The notes under the pieces were generated by a model. The model searched no databases. It had not been told where the DNA came from and saw only the letters and a list, made by a program, of their open reading frames with translations. From IMG/VR virus record IMGVR_UViG_3300031260_000012, positions 1-40,466 of that record: a stretch of DNA of 40,466 nucleotides. One strand, given 5' to 3'. Both the position numbers and the translations under genes were made by a program. Positions 6,257 to 14,099 of the stretch are shown in pieces. Origin of the DNA: a virus. Taxonomy: Duplodnaviria; Caudoviricetes. Within the stretch, counting starts at the first letter, position 1, and each line of letters starts with the position of its first letter.

Positions 6257-6628
6257 ATGCGATGTATTATATTATTTTGCATATTATTGTCATTGCTATG
6301 GGTGCCTATATATTCTACAGCTCCAGAAGAAATGACGGACGCGGAAATAGTAGCGGAGTTGATAGAAAACTTAGAGAAGCGAGAAGCGATCTTGACCGAG
6401 AGAGAAGCAGACTTGAACAGGAGAGAGGAGCTCTTGCAACAGAAAGAGCAGCTCTTGAGCGAGAGAGAGAGCGCCTTGACGCAGAGACTGACTTGGCAAA
6501 GCGAGATAGAAAACTACTGGAAGAATTACAAAAGCGAATCGGAAAAACAAATACGGGGTAGTTTCTTGCGCGGTTTATTTTACGGGGCGACAGCCGGGAC
6601 CATCGCCGCCTTGGTGTTTGACTATTAG
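6257..6628 (+). CDS. Signal peptide + coiled coil + C-terminal TM protein (spanin-like)
   Basis: MRCIILFCILLSLLWVPIYS signal, long E/R/L heptads, terminal GLFYGATAGTIAALVF; GGAGG RBS. Confidence 0.65.
   Translation: MRCIILFCILLSLLWVPIYSTAPEEMTDAEIVAELIENLEKREAILTEREADLNRREELLQQKEQLLSERESALTQRLTWQSEIENYWKNYKSESEKQIRGSFLRGLFYGATAGTIAALVFDY
6262..6561 (+). CDS. Nested out-of-frame N-terminal TM + coiled-coil protein (i-spanin-like)
   Basis: MYYIILHIIVIAMGAYIFY anchor then heptads; entirely within 6257-6628 in another frame. Confidence 0.55.
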   Translation: MYYIILHIIVIAMGAYIFYSSRRNDGRGNSSGVDRKLREARSDLDRERSRLEQERGALATERAALERERERLDAETDLAKRDRKLLEELQKRIGKTNTG

Positions 6629-7131
6629 AATTCCTTCCACTCTTCCGGCGTCTCATTGTGAGCCTTCCAGAACCATGTTTTGTCTCCGTAATGCTTTCGC
6701 TTCGGCGCTGCATAGAAAGGCGGGAGATAGGTCACGATATCGCCACGGTGGACAAGAGACAGCATCCGTCTTTTTATAATTCCCATTCGTCGCCTGTTGC
6801 AAAACTTTGGAGAATTGATAGTTATAAGATATGCACTTTCGCAGTCAATAAAATATAACCATCTCAATATTCCACCGATAGCACCTCCTGCCGATAGTCC
6901 TAATATGTGTATATCGTTATCTGGTAATTCATGCATCCTTATGAATGCATATAGTTTTTTCGCTTCCTTGAGCCACCCCGCATGGAACCCTTCTTTCCGC
7001 CACATCTTCAAGTTTATCAGCCAGTCCCACCAATGATTAGAACCGTATATCTTGATTTTGAGTGCGCGGTTTTCAACCCAGATTTTAGCCTCTACTCCCC
7101 GGGCTCCGTCGTCGTAGCCGTATTTAATCAT
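6625..7131 (-). CDS. Lipase class 3 (alpha/beta hydrolase)
   Basis: GS...DWLINL, FHAGW, GLSAGG nucleophile elbow, TINSPK, VHRGDIVTYLPP, terminal H; start moved to ATG 7131 overlapping the HTH gene end. Confidence 0.85.
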   Translation of the reverse strand: MIKYGYDDGARGVEAKIWVENRALKIKIYGSNHWWDWLINLKMWRKEGFHAGWLKEAKKLYAFIRMHELPDNDIHILGLSAGGAIGGILRWLYFIDCESAYLITINSPKFCNRRRMGIIKRRMLSLVHRGDIVTYLPPFYAAPKRKHYGDKTWFWKAHNETPEEWKEF

Positions 7132-7300
7132 TCTCTTCTGCCTTCTGCAGTATAAACTCCTGCGTAATAGGCTTCGGAGTCCGTGCCCCAGATTCCCAGC
7201 TTGCAATGGTAGCCTGCGGGAAGCCTATGAGCCTGCCAAACTCAACTTGAGTAAGCCCTTTCTTGTTCCTGAGCGTCTTAATCTTTTCTGCAAAATCCAT
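7124..7300 (-). CDS. XRE/Cro-like HTH regulator (58 aa); missing from ORF track
   Basis: MDFAEKIKTLRNKKGLTQVEFGRLIGFPQATIASWESGARTPKPITQEFILQKAEEND*, AAGGAG RBS. Confidence 0.92.
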   Translation of the reverse strand: MDFAEKIKTLRNKKGLTQVEFGRLIGFPQATIASWESGARTPKPITQEFILQKAEEND

Positions 7301-7306
7301 ATATTT

Positions 7307-7363
7307 CTCCTTGACATATAATCACTTTGTAGTATACTGGTACTTAGATCAAACGTCAAGGAG
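7307..7363. promoter_or_regulatory. Overlapping divergent promoters sharing a palindromic -10
   Basis: + strand TTGACA(7311)-16-TATACT(7333); - strand TTGACG(7359)-17-TATACT(7336); AGTATACT at 7331-7338; flanking inverted repeat CTCCTTGAC/GTCAAGGAG. Confidence 0.8.
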
Positions 7364-7369
7364 TATTAC

Positions 7370-7864
7370 ATGCGAAAAATCACACAAGAGAAACTGAACA
7401 AAAAATTGAGCCTACACAATATGTGGCTCAATAGAGAGAAGGGAGGAGAAAGGCTCGTACTTGTTGATTACGACCTGAGCGACAGCGACCTGAGCGACAG
7501 CGACCTGAGCGACAGCGACCTGAGCGGCAGCAACCTGAGCGACAGCGACCTGAGAGGCAGCAACCTGAGCGGCAGCAACCTGAGCGGCAGCAACCTGAGA
7601 GGCAGCAACCTGAGCGGCAGCAACCTGAGAGGCAGCAACCTGAGCGGCAGCAACCTGAGCGACAGCAACCTGAGCGGCAGCAACCTTGATTTCTCCTGTC
7701 TGCCGCTATGGTGCGGAGGTCAATTCAGGGCTGATGATCGAATTTGCAAACAGCTTGTCGCTCATGTTGTGCGTATCATGGAGCTGTCAGAGATTGATCA
7801 GCCGGAACTTATCGAAGCCATGAACAAATACAAGGCTGGATGGCACAGAGAAAGCAAGTTCTAA
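7370..7864 (+). CDS. Pentapeptide repeat protein
   Basis: LHNMWL..GGER N-terminus, 14 x S[D/N]L[S/R][D/G] repeats, LDFSCLPLWCG C-terminal motif. Confidence 0.92.
   Translation: MRKITQEKLNKKLSLHNMWLNREKGGERLVLVDYDLSDSDLSDSDLSDSDLSGSNLSDSDLRGSNLSGSNLSGSNLRGSNLSGSNLRGSNLSGSNLSDSNLSGSNLDFSCLPLWCGGQFRADDRICKQLVAHVVRIMELSEIDQPELIEAMNKYKAGWHRESKF
7472..7681 (+). repeat. 14 x 15-bp tandem repeat (RACCTGAGMGRCAGC)
   Basis: Directly visible; encodes the pentapeptide repeats. Confidence 0.95.
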
Positions 7865-7873
7865 GGAGTTATT

Positions 7874-8011
7874 ATGATTATCGAAAAAGCTACATTACGG
7901 CGATGCCCTAAGTGCGGAGGTATTCTCTATGTCCAGTACCACCGGCAGAAAAACGGTGCACAGCGGTATATCAAAACGTACTGCGGCAAGTGCGGATGGA
8001 GGTTAAAATGA
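7874..8011 (+). CDS. Small Zn-ribbon protein (45 aa)
   Basis: MIIEKATLRRCPKCGG...YCGKCGWRLK*, AAGGAG RBS; not in track. Confidence 0.75.
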   Translation: MIIEKATLRRCPKCGGILYVQYHRQKNGAQRYIKTYCGKCGWRLK

Positions 8012-8238
8012 GCAAGAGATATAAAGGCGTGACAACCTGGAACGGCTTAGAGGTAGAATATGAGATAGTTTGCGGAGACTGGGAGGGAGACGATACCATA
8101 CCGAATGGCAAAAATGAGATCCCCCCTTACGTTGACGTACTAATTGTCAAGTCCCCTGAGGGCGAGGATATAGCTGATCTGTTCTGTGACAATGCTATTG
8201 ATAATCTTGAGATTGAAATATTGGAGGGGCATATATGA
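8008..8238 (+). CDS. Acidic hypothetical protein (76 aa)
   Basis: GGAGG RBS, ATGA coupling; strongly D/E-rich. Confidence 0.75.
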   Translation: MSKRYKGVTTWNGLEVEYEIVCGDWEGDDTIPNGKNEIPPYVDVLIVKSPEGEDIADLFCDNAIDNLEIEILEGHI

Positions 8239-8351
8239 TTGATTATGGCCTGATTTTCGACGGTATAATTATTGCGACTAAAGTCTGCATAGGAATGCTA
8301 ATCTTAGGATTTGTTCTACTCATTATTTATTCGATATTCTGGAGGGACTAA
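8235..8351 (+). CDS. Small single-TM peptide (38 aa)
   Basis: MIDYGLIFDGIIIATKVCIGMLILGFVLLIIYSIFWRD*, GGAGG RBS, coupled on both sides. Confidence 0.65.
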   Translation: MIDYGLIFDGIIIATKVCIGMLILGFVLLIIYSIFWRD

Positions 8352-8539
8352 TGCGAAAAGGTAAGCCTTGCAAATTATGCGGTGCGGTTAATTGCGGAAT
8401 GGAATGTGAAGAGGGTACCGGGCCGATTGGCACGCACGGACGGAAAGAAACAATACTAAGGTGGCCCGAGATTATGGCACAGGTAGAAAAAAACATGAAA
8501 AATCAAGGGCGCGAAGGTGCGCACAACAAGAGGTGGTAA
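8351..8539 (+). CDS. Hypothetical Cys-containing protein
   Basis: GGAGG RBS, CKLCG..C..C. Confidence 0.65.
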   Translation: MRKGKPCKLCGAVNCGMECEEGTGPIGTHGRKETILRWPEIMAQVEKNMKNQGREGAHNKRW

Positions 8540-8540
8540 G

Positions 8541-11201
8541 ATGGGGCAGCAGATGAGTTACATTGATTTTCTGAAAAGCAAAATGACAATAGCACCAGAA
8601 ACGGGATTCGACATCGACCCGGGAGAGGTCAATCCGGTACTTATGCCGCACCAGCGGGACAGCGTAGTATGGGCAGTCAAGGGCGGACGGCGCGCATTGT
8701 TTCAGTCTTTCGGTCTTGGTAAAACTATCCAGCAGATTGAAATACTTCGGCTGATTTTAAAGCGCATGGGCGGGAAAGCTCTTATCATTGCACCCCTGGA
8801 AGTCAGACACGAGTTTATCCGTGACGGGAAAAATCTATTGCAAATGGATATTCGCTACGTAAAGACGGCGGCAGAGTGTGAAGCAGCAGGCGACGGTATT
8901 TTAATTACAAACTATGAGCGGGTCCGCGACGGCGACATTGACCCGAACTATTTCATAGCCTGTTCCTTGGATGAGGCGTCAGTATTACGCGGATACGGGA
9001 CAAAGACCTATCAGACGTTCCTCACAAAGTTTGAGCGGGTACGATTCAAATTTGTGGCAACGGCGACGCCATCCCCGAACAAATATAAAGAGCTGATCCA
9101 TTACGCCGGATACCTGGGGATCATGGATACCGGGCAGGCGCTGACCCGCTTCTTTCACAGAGATTCTACGCAGGCGAACAATCTCACACTGTATCCGCAC
9201 AAGGAAGAAGAATTCTGGCTTTGGATGTCGACCTGGGCCCTGTTTATCACGAAGCCTTCAGACCTGGGATATGATGATACCGGCTACGATCTGCCGCCTC
9301 TGCAACTGATAGAGCATGAGGTCGGAGTCGATCATTCCACCGCCGGCGTTGAGGATGATGGACAAGCTAAAATGTTCCGCGATGCTGCAATCGGATTGAA
9401 AGATGCAAGCCGTGAGAAGCGGGAAAGTATCGGGGCGCGTGTCGCTAAAATGAAGGAGATAATAGACGCGGATCCTGATAGCTCGTACATAATCTGGCAC
9501 GACCTGGAAGATGAGCGGAAGGCCATAAAAAAGGCTCTACCTGAATCAAAATGGATTTACGGGAGTCAGAACGAGGAAGAGAGGGCGCAGAATAGCATAG
9601 ATTTTGCAGAGGGCAGAATACAGTACCTTTCCACAAAGCCCCGTATATCTGGCTCAGGCTGTAACTTCCAGCGGCACTGTCACAAGGCTATTTACCTGGG
9701 GATAGGGTACAAGTTTAACGACTTTGTTCAATCAGTCCACCGCATCTATCGTTTCCTACAGACCGAACAGGTAGAAATCCACGTAATTTATTCAGAATCC
9801 GAACACTCAATATATCAGACTCTTATGGGGAAATGGGATAAGCACAAGCACCTGGTCGATCAAATGACGGCGATTGTCAGGGAGCATGGGCTTAATTCTA
9901 CAGATGCAATCGAAAAGCTGGAACGCTCTATTTGGAGTAGCACGGCAACCGAGAAGGGTAAAAACTGGACGGCGGTAAACTCGGATAATGTCATCGAACT
10001 TTTGAAAATGGAAGATGAAAGTATCGATCTTATTCATACGTCAATCCCATTTTCTAATCATTACGAGTACACGCCTACTTACAACGATTTCGGCCACAAT
10101 GTCGATAATGATGCTTTTTTCGAACAGATGGATTATTTGACGCCGGAGCTTATGCGAGTGTTGAAGCCTGGGAGAGTAGCGGCAATCCATGTCAAGGATC
10201 GTATCTTATTTGGAAATGCTACCGGTACCGGAATGCCGACTCTTGACCCGTTCAGCGATCTTACAACCATGCACATGATAAAACATGGTTTTCAATATTT
10301 TGGAAGAATTACAGTTGTAACCGATGTTGTAAGGGAGAACAATCAGACTTACCGACTCGGCTGGACAGAGCAAACAAAAGACGGTACCAAGATGGGCGTA
10401 GGATGTCCAGAGTATATATTACTTTTTCGTAAGCTTCCCACCGACACAAGCCGGGCTTATGCTGATGAGCCAGTTGTGAAAAATAAGTTTAGGGAATACA
10501 AAAATGTATGTGGTAATTGTGGAGAAGTATTCGACAAAGAAATTAAGTTTAAAAAGGATGATGATTTTCCAGATCTTGAAATATGCCCGAACTGCGGAAG
10601 CCTGGGAAAAATTGAAAAGATCTATAAGGAGAATGACGTTGACTTTTACCCACGGTCTCGCTGGCAGATCGATGCTCACGCATTCTGGAGATCATCCGGT
10701 GACAGGTTACTTACCAGCAAAGAGTTAGCGCAAGTATCTGTCTCAGACTTACAGTCAGTCTATCGCAATCAATCACGACAAGAAGTTTATGATTACAAAA
10801 AACATGTAGATCTTGCCGCAGAATTAGAAGAGAGAAAAAAGCTGCCGGCATCTTTCATGGTAGTAGCCCCTGGATCATGGCATCCTTTCGTATGGGATGA
10901 TATAAACCGAATGCGTACCCTGAACGGCGAACAGGCGCGCAAGGAATTGGAGATGCATATCTGCCCGCTCCAGTTTGATATTGTGGAGCGAATAATCAAC
11001 CGCTTTTCAAACAAGGGCGAGACGGTCCTTGACCCTTTCGGTGGTCTTATGACTGTACCATACATGGCAGTTAAGATGGGCCGAAAGGGATACGGCATAG
11101 AGCTTAATTCTATGAGCTGGAAGGATGGTATTTCATATTTGAAAGCGGCAGAGCTTGAGTATAATCATCCCACGCTTTTTGATCTTGAGGGGGTAGTGTG
11201 A
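8541..11201 (+). CDS. SNF2-like helicase / N4-N6 DNA methyltransferase fusion
   Basis: GLGKT, LDEAS, TATP, SVHRIYRF helicase motifs; HTSIPF catalytic-type motif, HICPLQ and VLDPFGGLMT SAM motif; internal CGNCG..CPNCG insert. Confidence 0.9.
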   Translation: MGQQMSYIDFLKSKMTIAPETGFDIDPGEVNPVLMPHQRDSVVWAVKGGRRALFQSFGLGKTIQQIEILRLILKRMGGKALIIAPLEVRHEFIRDGKNLLQMDIRYVKTAAECEAAGDGILITNYERVRDGDIDPNYFIACSLDEASVLRGYGTKTYQTFLTKFERVRFKFVATATPSPNKYKELIHYAGYLGIMDTGQALTRFFHRDSTQANNLTLYPHKEEEFWLWMSTWALFITKPSDLGYDDTGYDLPPLQLIEHEVGVDHSTAGVEDDGQAKMFRDAAIGLKDASREKRESIGARVAKMKEIIDADPDSSYIIWHDLEDERKAIKKALPESKWIYGSQNEEERAQNSIDFAEGRIQYLSTKPRISGSGCNFQRHCHKAIYLGIGYKFNDFVQSVHRIYRFLQTEQVEIHVIYSESEHSIYQTLMGKWDKHKHLVDQMTAIVREHGLNSTDAIEKLERSIWSSTATEKGKNWTAVNSDNVIELLKMEDESIDLIHTSIPFSNHYEYTPTYNDFGHNVDNDAFFEQMDYLTPELMRVLKPGRVAAIHVKDRILFGNATGTGMPTLDPFSDLTTMHMIKHGFQYFGRITVVTDVVRENNQTYRLGWTEQTKDGTKMGVGCPEYILLFRKLPTDTSRAYADEPVVKNKFREYKNVCGNCGEVFDKEIKFKKDDDFPDLEICPNCGSLGKIEKIYKENDVDFYPRSRWQIDAHAFWRSSGDRLLTSKELAQVSVSDLQSVYRNQSRQEVYDYKKHVDLAAELEERKKLPASFMVVAPGSWHPFVWDDINRMRTLNGEQARKELEMHICPLQFDIVERIINRFSNKGETVLDPFGGLMTVPYMAVKMGRKGYGIELNSMSWKDGISYLKAAELEYNHPTLFDLEGVV

Positions 11202-11350
11202 AACCAAAAAAAACATATCAGACGTGTCCAGCGTGCGGCTGGATGAACAAATACGATGAGACAAAAGTAATCAATCGGTCAGGTGGTAGGGTGACAATCG
11301 CTTGCAGTAATTGCGGGCACGTACTGTATTTTATGGAGGAGAAAAAATGA
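11198..11350 (+). CDS. Small Zn-ribbon protein (50 aa)
   Basis: GTG start, CPACG...CSNCG; coupled on both sides; not in track. Confidence 0.7.
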   Translation: MKPKKTYQTCPACGWMNKYDETKVINRSGGRVTIACSNCGHVLYFMEEKK

Positions 11351-11631
11351 ACGAGAAGAAAGGTAATTTTCCTGCATTTCCTTGTGTTCAGAAAGTAATA
11401 ACAGGATATATAGCTGAGGCTCCCATATCTTTCGGAAACAGTGGAACGGTAAACGAAAAGCCAATCTATGAAGAAATACAGCATTACGGTATGACACTAC
11501 GCGATTATTTTGCAGCTAAGGCTATGCAAGGATATTGTACGAGCAAAGATTTTTCAGAGATACCATGGGAAAAAATAGCAAGATGGTCATATATGCAAGC
11601 AGATGCCATGCTTGCGGAGCGGAAAAAATGA
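11347..11631 (+). CDS. Conserved phage protein (PAFP...GMTLRDYFAAKAMQG family)
   Basis: Widely seen phage motif; GGAGG RBS. Confidence 0.85.
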   Translation: MNEKKGNFPAFPCVQKVITGYIAEAPISFGNSGTVNEKPIYEEIQHYGMTLRDYFAAKAMQGYCTSKDFSEIPWEKIARWSYMQADAMLAERKK

Positions 11632-11783
11632 AATCAAAGACAGAAGAGTTTAAATGTATTAAATGCGGGGCGCTTGTCACCAGGGTATTAGACCGGGACA
11701 GGCGGAAACTCTGCACGGCGTGCGCACTTAATATGCACTACGGACGATTTGAAAACAAAGGGAGTATGATAACGCATCTATGA
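11628..11783 (+). CDS. Small Zn-finger protein
   Basis: CIKCG...CTAC; ATGA coupling. Confidence 0.65.
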   Translation: MKSKTEEFKCIKCGALVTRVLDRDRRKLCTACALNMHYGRFENKGSMITHL

Positions 11784-12034
11784 ACACTAACGAGATTTAC
11801 CGATTGATCGAGCATGAAAAATTAAGAGCGGAGGGCTTGCACAAATGGCCACGGGACATAATACATGCGGTGGCAGTAGTAGGCGAGGAGTCCGGGGAAG
11901 CTACACAAGCGGCGCTGAATTATTTGTACCACGGAAAGGATAAGGGAAAAATAAGAACTGAAATAATTCAGACTGCTGCAACGTGTATACGATTACTTGA
12001 GAATTGGGATAATTACAATGAATGTCTTCCTTAA
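11780..12034 (+). CDS. MazG-like nucleotide pyrophosphohydrolase-fold protein
   Basis: VVGEESGEA...EIIQTAA helical acidic motif. Confidence 0.6.
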   Translation: MNTNEIYRLIEHEKLRAEGLHKWPRDIIHAVAVVGEESGEATQAALNYLYHGKDKGKIRTEIIQTAATCIRLLENWDNYNECLP

Positions 12035-12194
12035 GATCATTGATAATTTCCCGGAACACGTTGAGGAATTGGTAGAGCGTGCCGCAATCATGGAATACCA
12101 TGGCGGTTACTCCCGGGAGAAATCGGAGCAATTAGCGGCGGCCAGGATCATGGATAAATACGAATTATGGGAGAAGGTATGGCAATTGAAATAA
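12018..12194 (+). CDS. Hypothetical protein (ERAAIMEY.GG motif)
   Basis: Recurrent phage motif. Confidence 0.7.
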   Translation: MNVFLKIIDNFPEHVEELVERAAIMEYHGGYSREKSEQLAAARIMDKYELWEKVWQLK

Positions 12195-12379
12195 CAACGG
12201 TGACCGCATACTTTTCGCTTGTCATGCTGATTGCAGGGTTTTTGTCTGGATACGTCGTCAAGGATTCAATGCTTGAAGAGGAACGGGAGGAAAAGCAACG
12301 TATCATAGATTCGTATAATAAATTATATATTGAGAGATTGAAGGAGAAAGCGGATGGACAAAGAGAAACAGGTGTTTGA
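12179..12379 (+). CDS. Small membrane-anchored protein
   Basis: N-terminal TM, charged tail. Confidence 0.6.
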   Translation: MAIEITTVTAYFSLVMLIAGFLSGYVVKDSMLEEEREEKQRIIDSYNKLYIERLKEKADGQRETGV

Positions 12380-12920
12380 AGAGTGGCGCGATATACCTGG
12401 ATTTAATGGTAAGTATAAGATATCGACCGATGGGAAGGTTATGTCATTTTCTGGTCGCGGATGCAATCCTAAACTTTCTACCGTAGGAAGGTTAATCCAT
12501 ATATCACCGAATAAGAACGGATACCCTACTGTTTCATTGTCTCGCGATGGCCAAAGAAAACCTTATCGCGTTCATCGCTTAATGGCCTCTGCTTATCTTG
12601 ACGGATTCTGCAACGATTTAGAAGTAGATCATATAAACGGGATAAAGACAGATAATAGAGTCGAAAATCTTCGCATGTGTACCCATTCGCAAAACAACCG
12701 CAATCGCAGGTCATCTAAACTATCGCAGTCTAAATACATTGGTGTTTATCCTGGAAGCACCGGCGAGGCTAATCCGTGGGAAGCGAGCATAAGGACCGAT
12801 TATGGTAGGGTCTACTTGGGAAGGTTCCCAACTGAAGAGGCAGCTGCGGCCGCATATAATCAAGCTGCTCTGAAATACCACGGTGATTTTGCAAGATTAA
12901 ATACAATTAACAAGGTCTAA
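12354..12920 (+). CDS. NUMOD4-HNH-AP2 homing endonuclease
   Basis: EEWRDIPGF..Y.IS..GKV; VHRL; VDHING.K.DNRVENL; YLGRF.TEEAAAAAYN.AA...HG.FA.LN. Confidence 0.92.
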   Translation: MDKEKQVFEEWRDIPGFNGKYKISTDGKVMSFSGRGCNPKLSTVGRLIHISPNKNGYPTVSLSRDGQRKPYRVHRLMASAYLDGFCNDLEVDHINGIKTDNRVENLRMCTHSQNNRNRRSSKLSQSKYIGVYPGSTGEANPWEASIRTDYGRVYLGRFPTEEAAAAAYNQAALKYHGDFARLNTINKV

Positions 12921-12937
12921 ACCGAGGAGGTGGAAGG

Positions 12938-13237
12938 ATGAAGGAAACCAAATTGCGTGAAGTATCAAAGTGTGCCTTATGTGGAAATGCTTTTGGCAAA
13001 ACAGGGCTGCCGCTATTTTACCGTGTACGAGTGCAGCGATATGCTTTAAATGTTGAGGCATGTAAGCGCCGGCAAGGATTGGGGTTAATGCTCGGAGGAG
13101 CACTTGCAATGGTAATGGGAACTGATGAGGATTTAGCAGACAAGATACACGAGACAGAGTTTACGGTGTGCGAAGATTGTGCAAGCAATAAACGTTTTCC
13201 CGTTGCGCTACTCGCAGAAAGGGAACAGGAAGAATGA
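12938..13237 (+). CDS. Hypothetical Zn-binding protein
   Basis: CALCG...CEDC; RBS present. Confidence 0.7.
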   Translation: MKETKLREVSKCALCGNAFGKTGLPLFYRVRVQRYALNVEACKRRQGLGLMLGGALAMVMGTDEDLADKIHETEFTVCEDCASNKRFPVALLAEREQEE

Positions 13238-13581
13238 ACTCCGTTAAAACCCCTGAAATCTGGCAAGAGTGCGGAAAGTGCAGCGGTAGTGGAAATATAG
13301 ATATAAGCCCGCTTGTCAACGTGACAATGTGGAAACGTTGCCCTCACTGCGCCCACTCACCATTACCAGGCTACCGTGCAATCCTCTACACCCCGGAACG
13401 ATGGGAACAAGCGGGCGGTGTGCTGCATGATGATCTGCGTGTCTGGTTCAAAGATCATTATTTGGCGAAGTGGGTAAATGATTCATATAAATCAGCGATG
13501 ACTTGGAAAAATCCATTATACTTTCAGATTATAGTTTCGACCACAGCGATCACAATGAAGGATTTGGAGGAGATAACATGA
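13234..13581 (+). CDS. Hypothetical protein with DnaJ-like CxxCxGxG motif
   Basis: CGKCSGSG...CPHC. Confidence 0.7.
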   Translation: MNSVKTPEIWQECGKCSGSGNIDISPLVNVTMWKRCPHCAHSPLPGYRAILYTPERWEQAGGVLHDDLRVWFKDHYLAKWVNDSYKSAMTWKNPLYFQIIVSTTAITMKDLEEIT

Positions 13582-13685
13582 ATACAACGATAGATATTTT
13601 ATTGTTTCTCGCGGGTAGTATTATAGGAATTATGGCCGGTGACGCTTTATATAGACTATATAAAGCAGTAAAAAGAAAACGATGA
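13578..13685 (+). CDS. Small TM peptide (35 aa)
   Basis: MNTTIDILLFLAGSIIGIMAGDALYRLYKAVKRKR; GGAGG RBS. Confidence 0.65.
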   Translation: MNTTIDILLFLAGSIIGIMAGDALYRLYKAVKRKR

Positions 13686-13701
13686 AGGATCTGGAGGAGA
13701 T

Positions 13702-14097
13702 ATGATTGAAGTCTGGAAAGATATCCATGGGTATGAAGGTTTATATAGAGTTTCTAATATTGGAAGGGTTAAAAGCTTAGACAGGGTTGTTACTGATAAA
13801 AACGGTAGAGACGTTCCGTGGAAGGGGAAAATCCTACGCCTCCGGGTTGGGGCAAAGGGATATATCTATGTGTGCTTGAGTAAAGATTGCACGACCAAAC
13901 AGCACAGAGTACACAGGCTCGTTGCAAAAGCTTTTATCCAAAATGTTAATAACAAGAAACAGATAAACCATATCGATGGGAAGAAAAATAATAATAAAGC
14001 GACAAACCTTGAATGGTGTACCTGTAAAGAAAACATAAGACACGCATTTATTACAGGTTTGAATACTGGTAGAAATGCAACAAAGAGGAGTGCTTGA
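13702..14097 (+). CDS. NUMOD4-HNH endonuclease
   Basis: EVWKDIHGYEGLYRVSN.GRVKS; VHRLVA; INHIDG.K.NN...NLEW. Confidence 0.92.
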   Translation: MIEVWKDIHGYEGLYRVSNIGRVKSLDRVVTDKNGRDVPWKGKILRLRVGAKGYIYVCLSKDCTTKQHRVHRLVAKAFIQNVNNKKQINHIDGKKNNNKATNLEWCTCKENIRHAFITGLNTGRNATKRSA

Positions 14098-14099
14098 AA

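Noticed and set aside
7132-7206. N-terminal extension of lipase given in ORF track
   Set aside because: It overlaps the HTH gene in another frame; ATG 7131 is the coupled start.
7468-7683. Leucine-rich repeat ORF on - strand / CRISPR-like array
   Set aside because: Antisense shadow of the pentapeptide gene; contiguous 15-bp units with no spacers.
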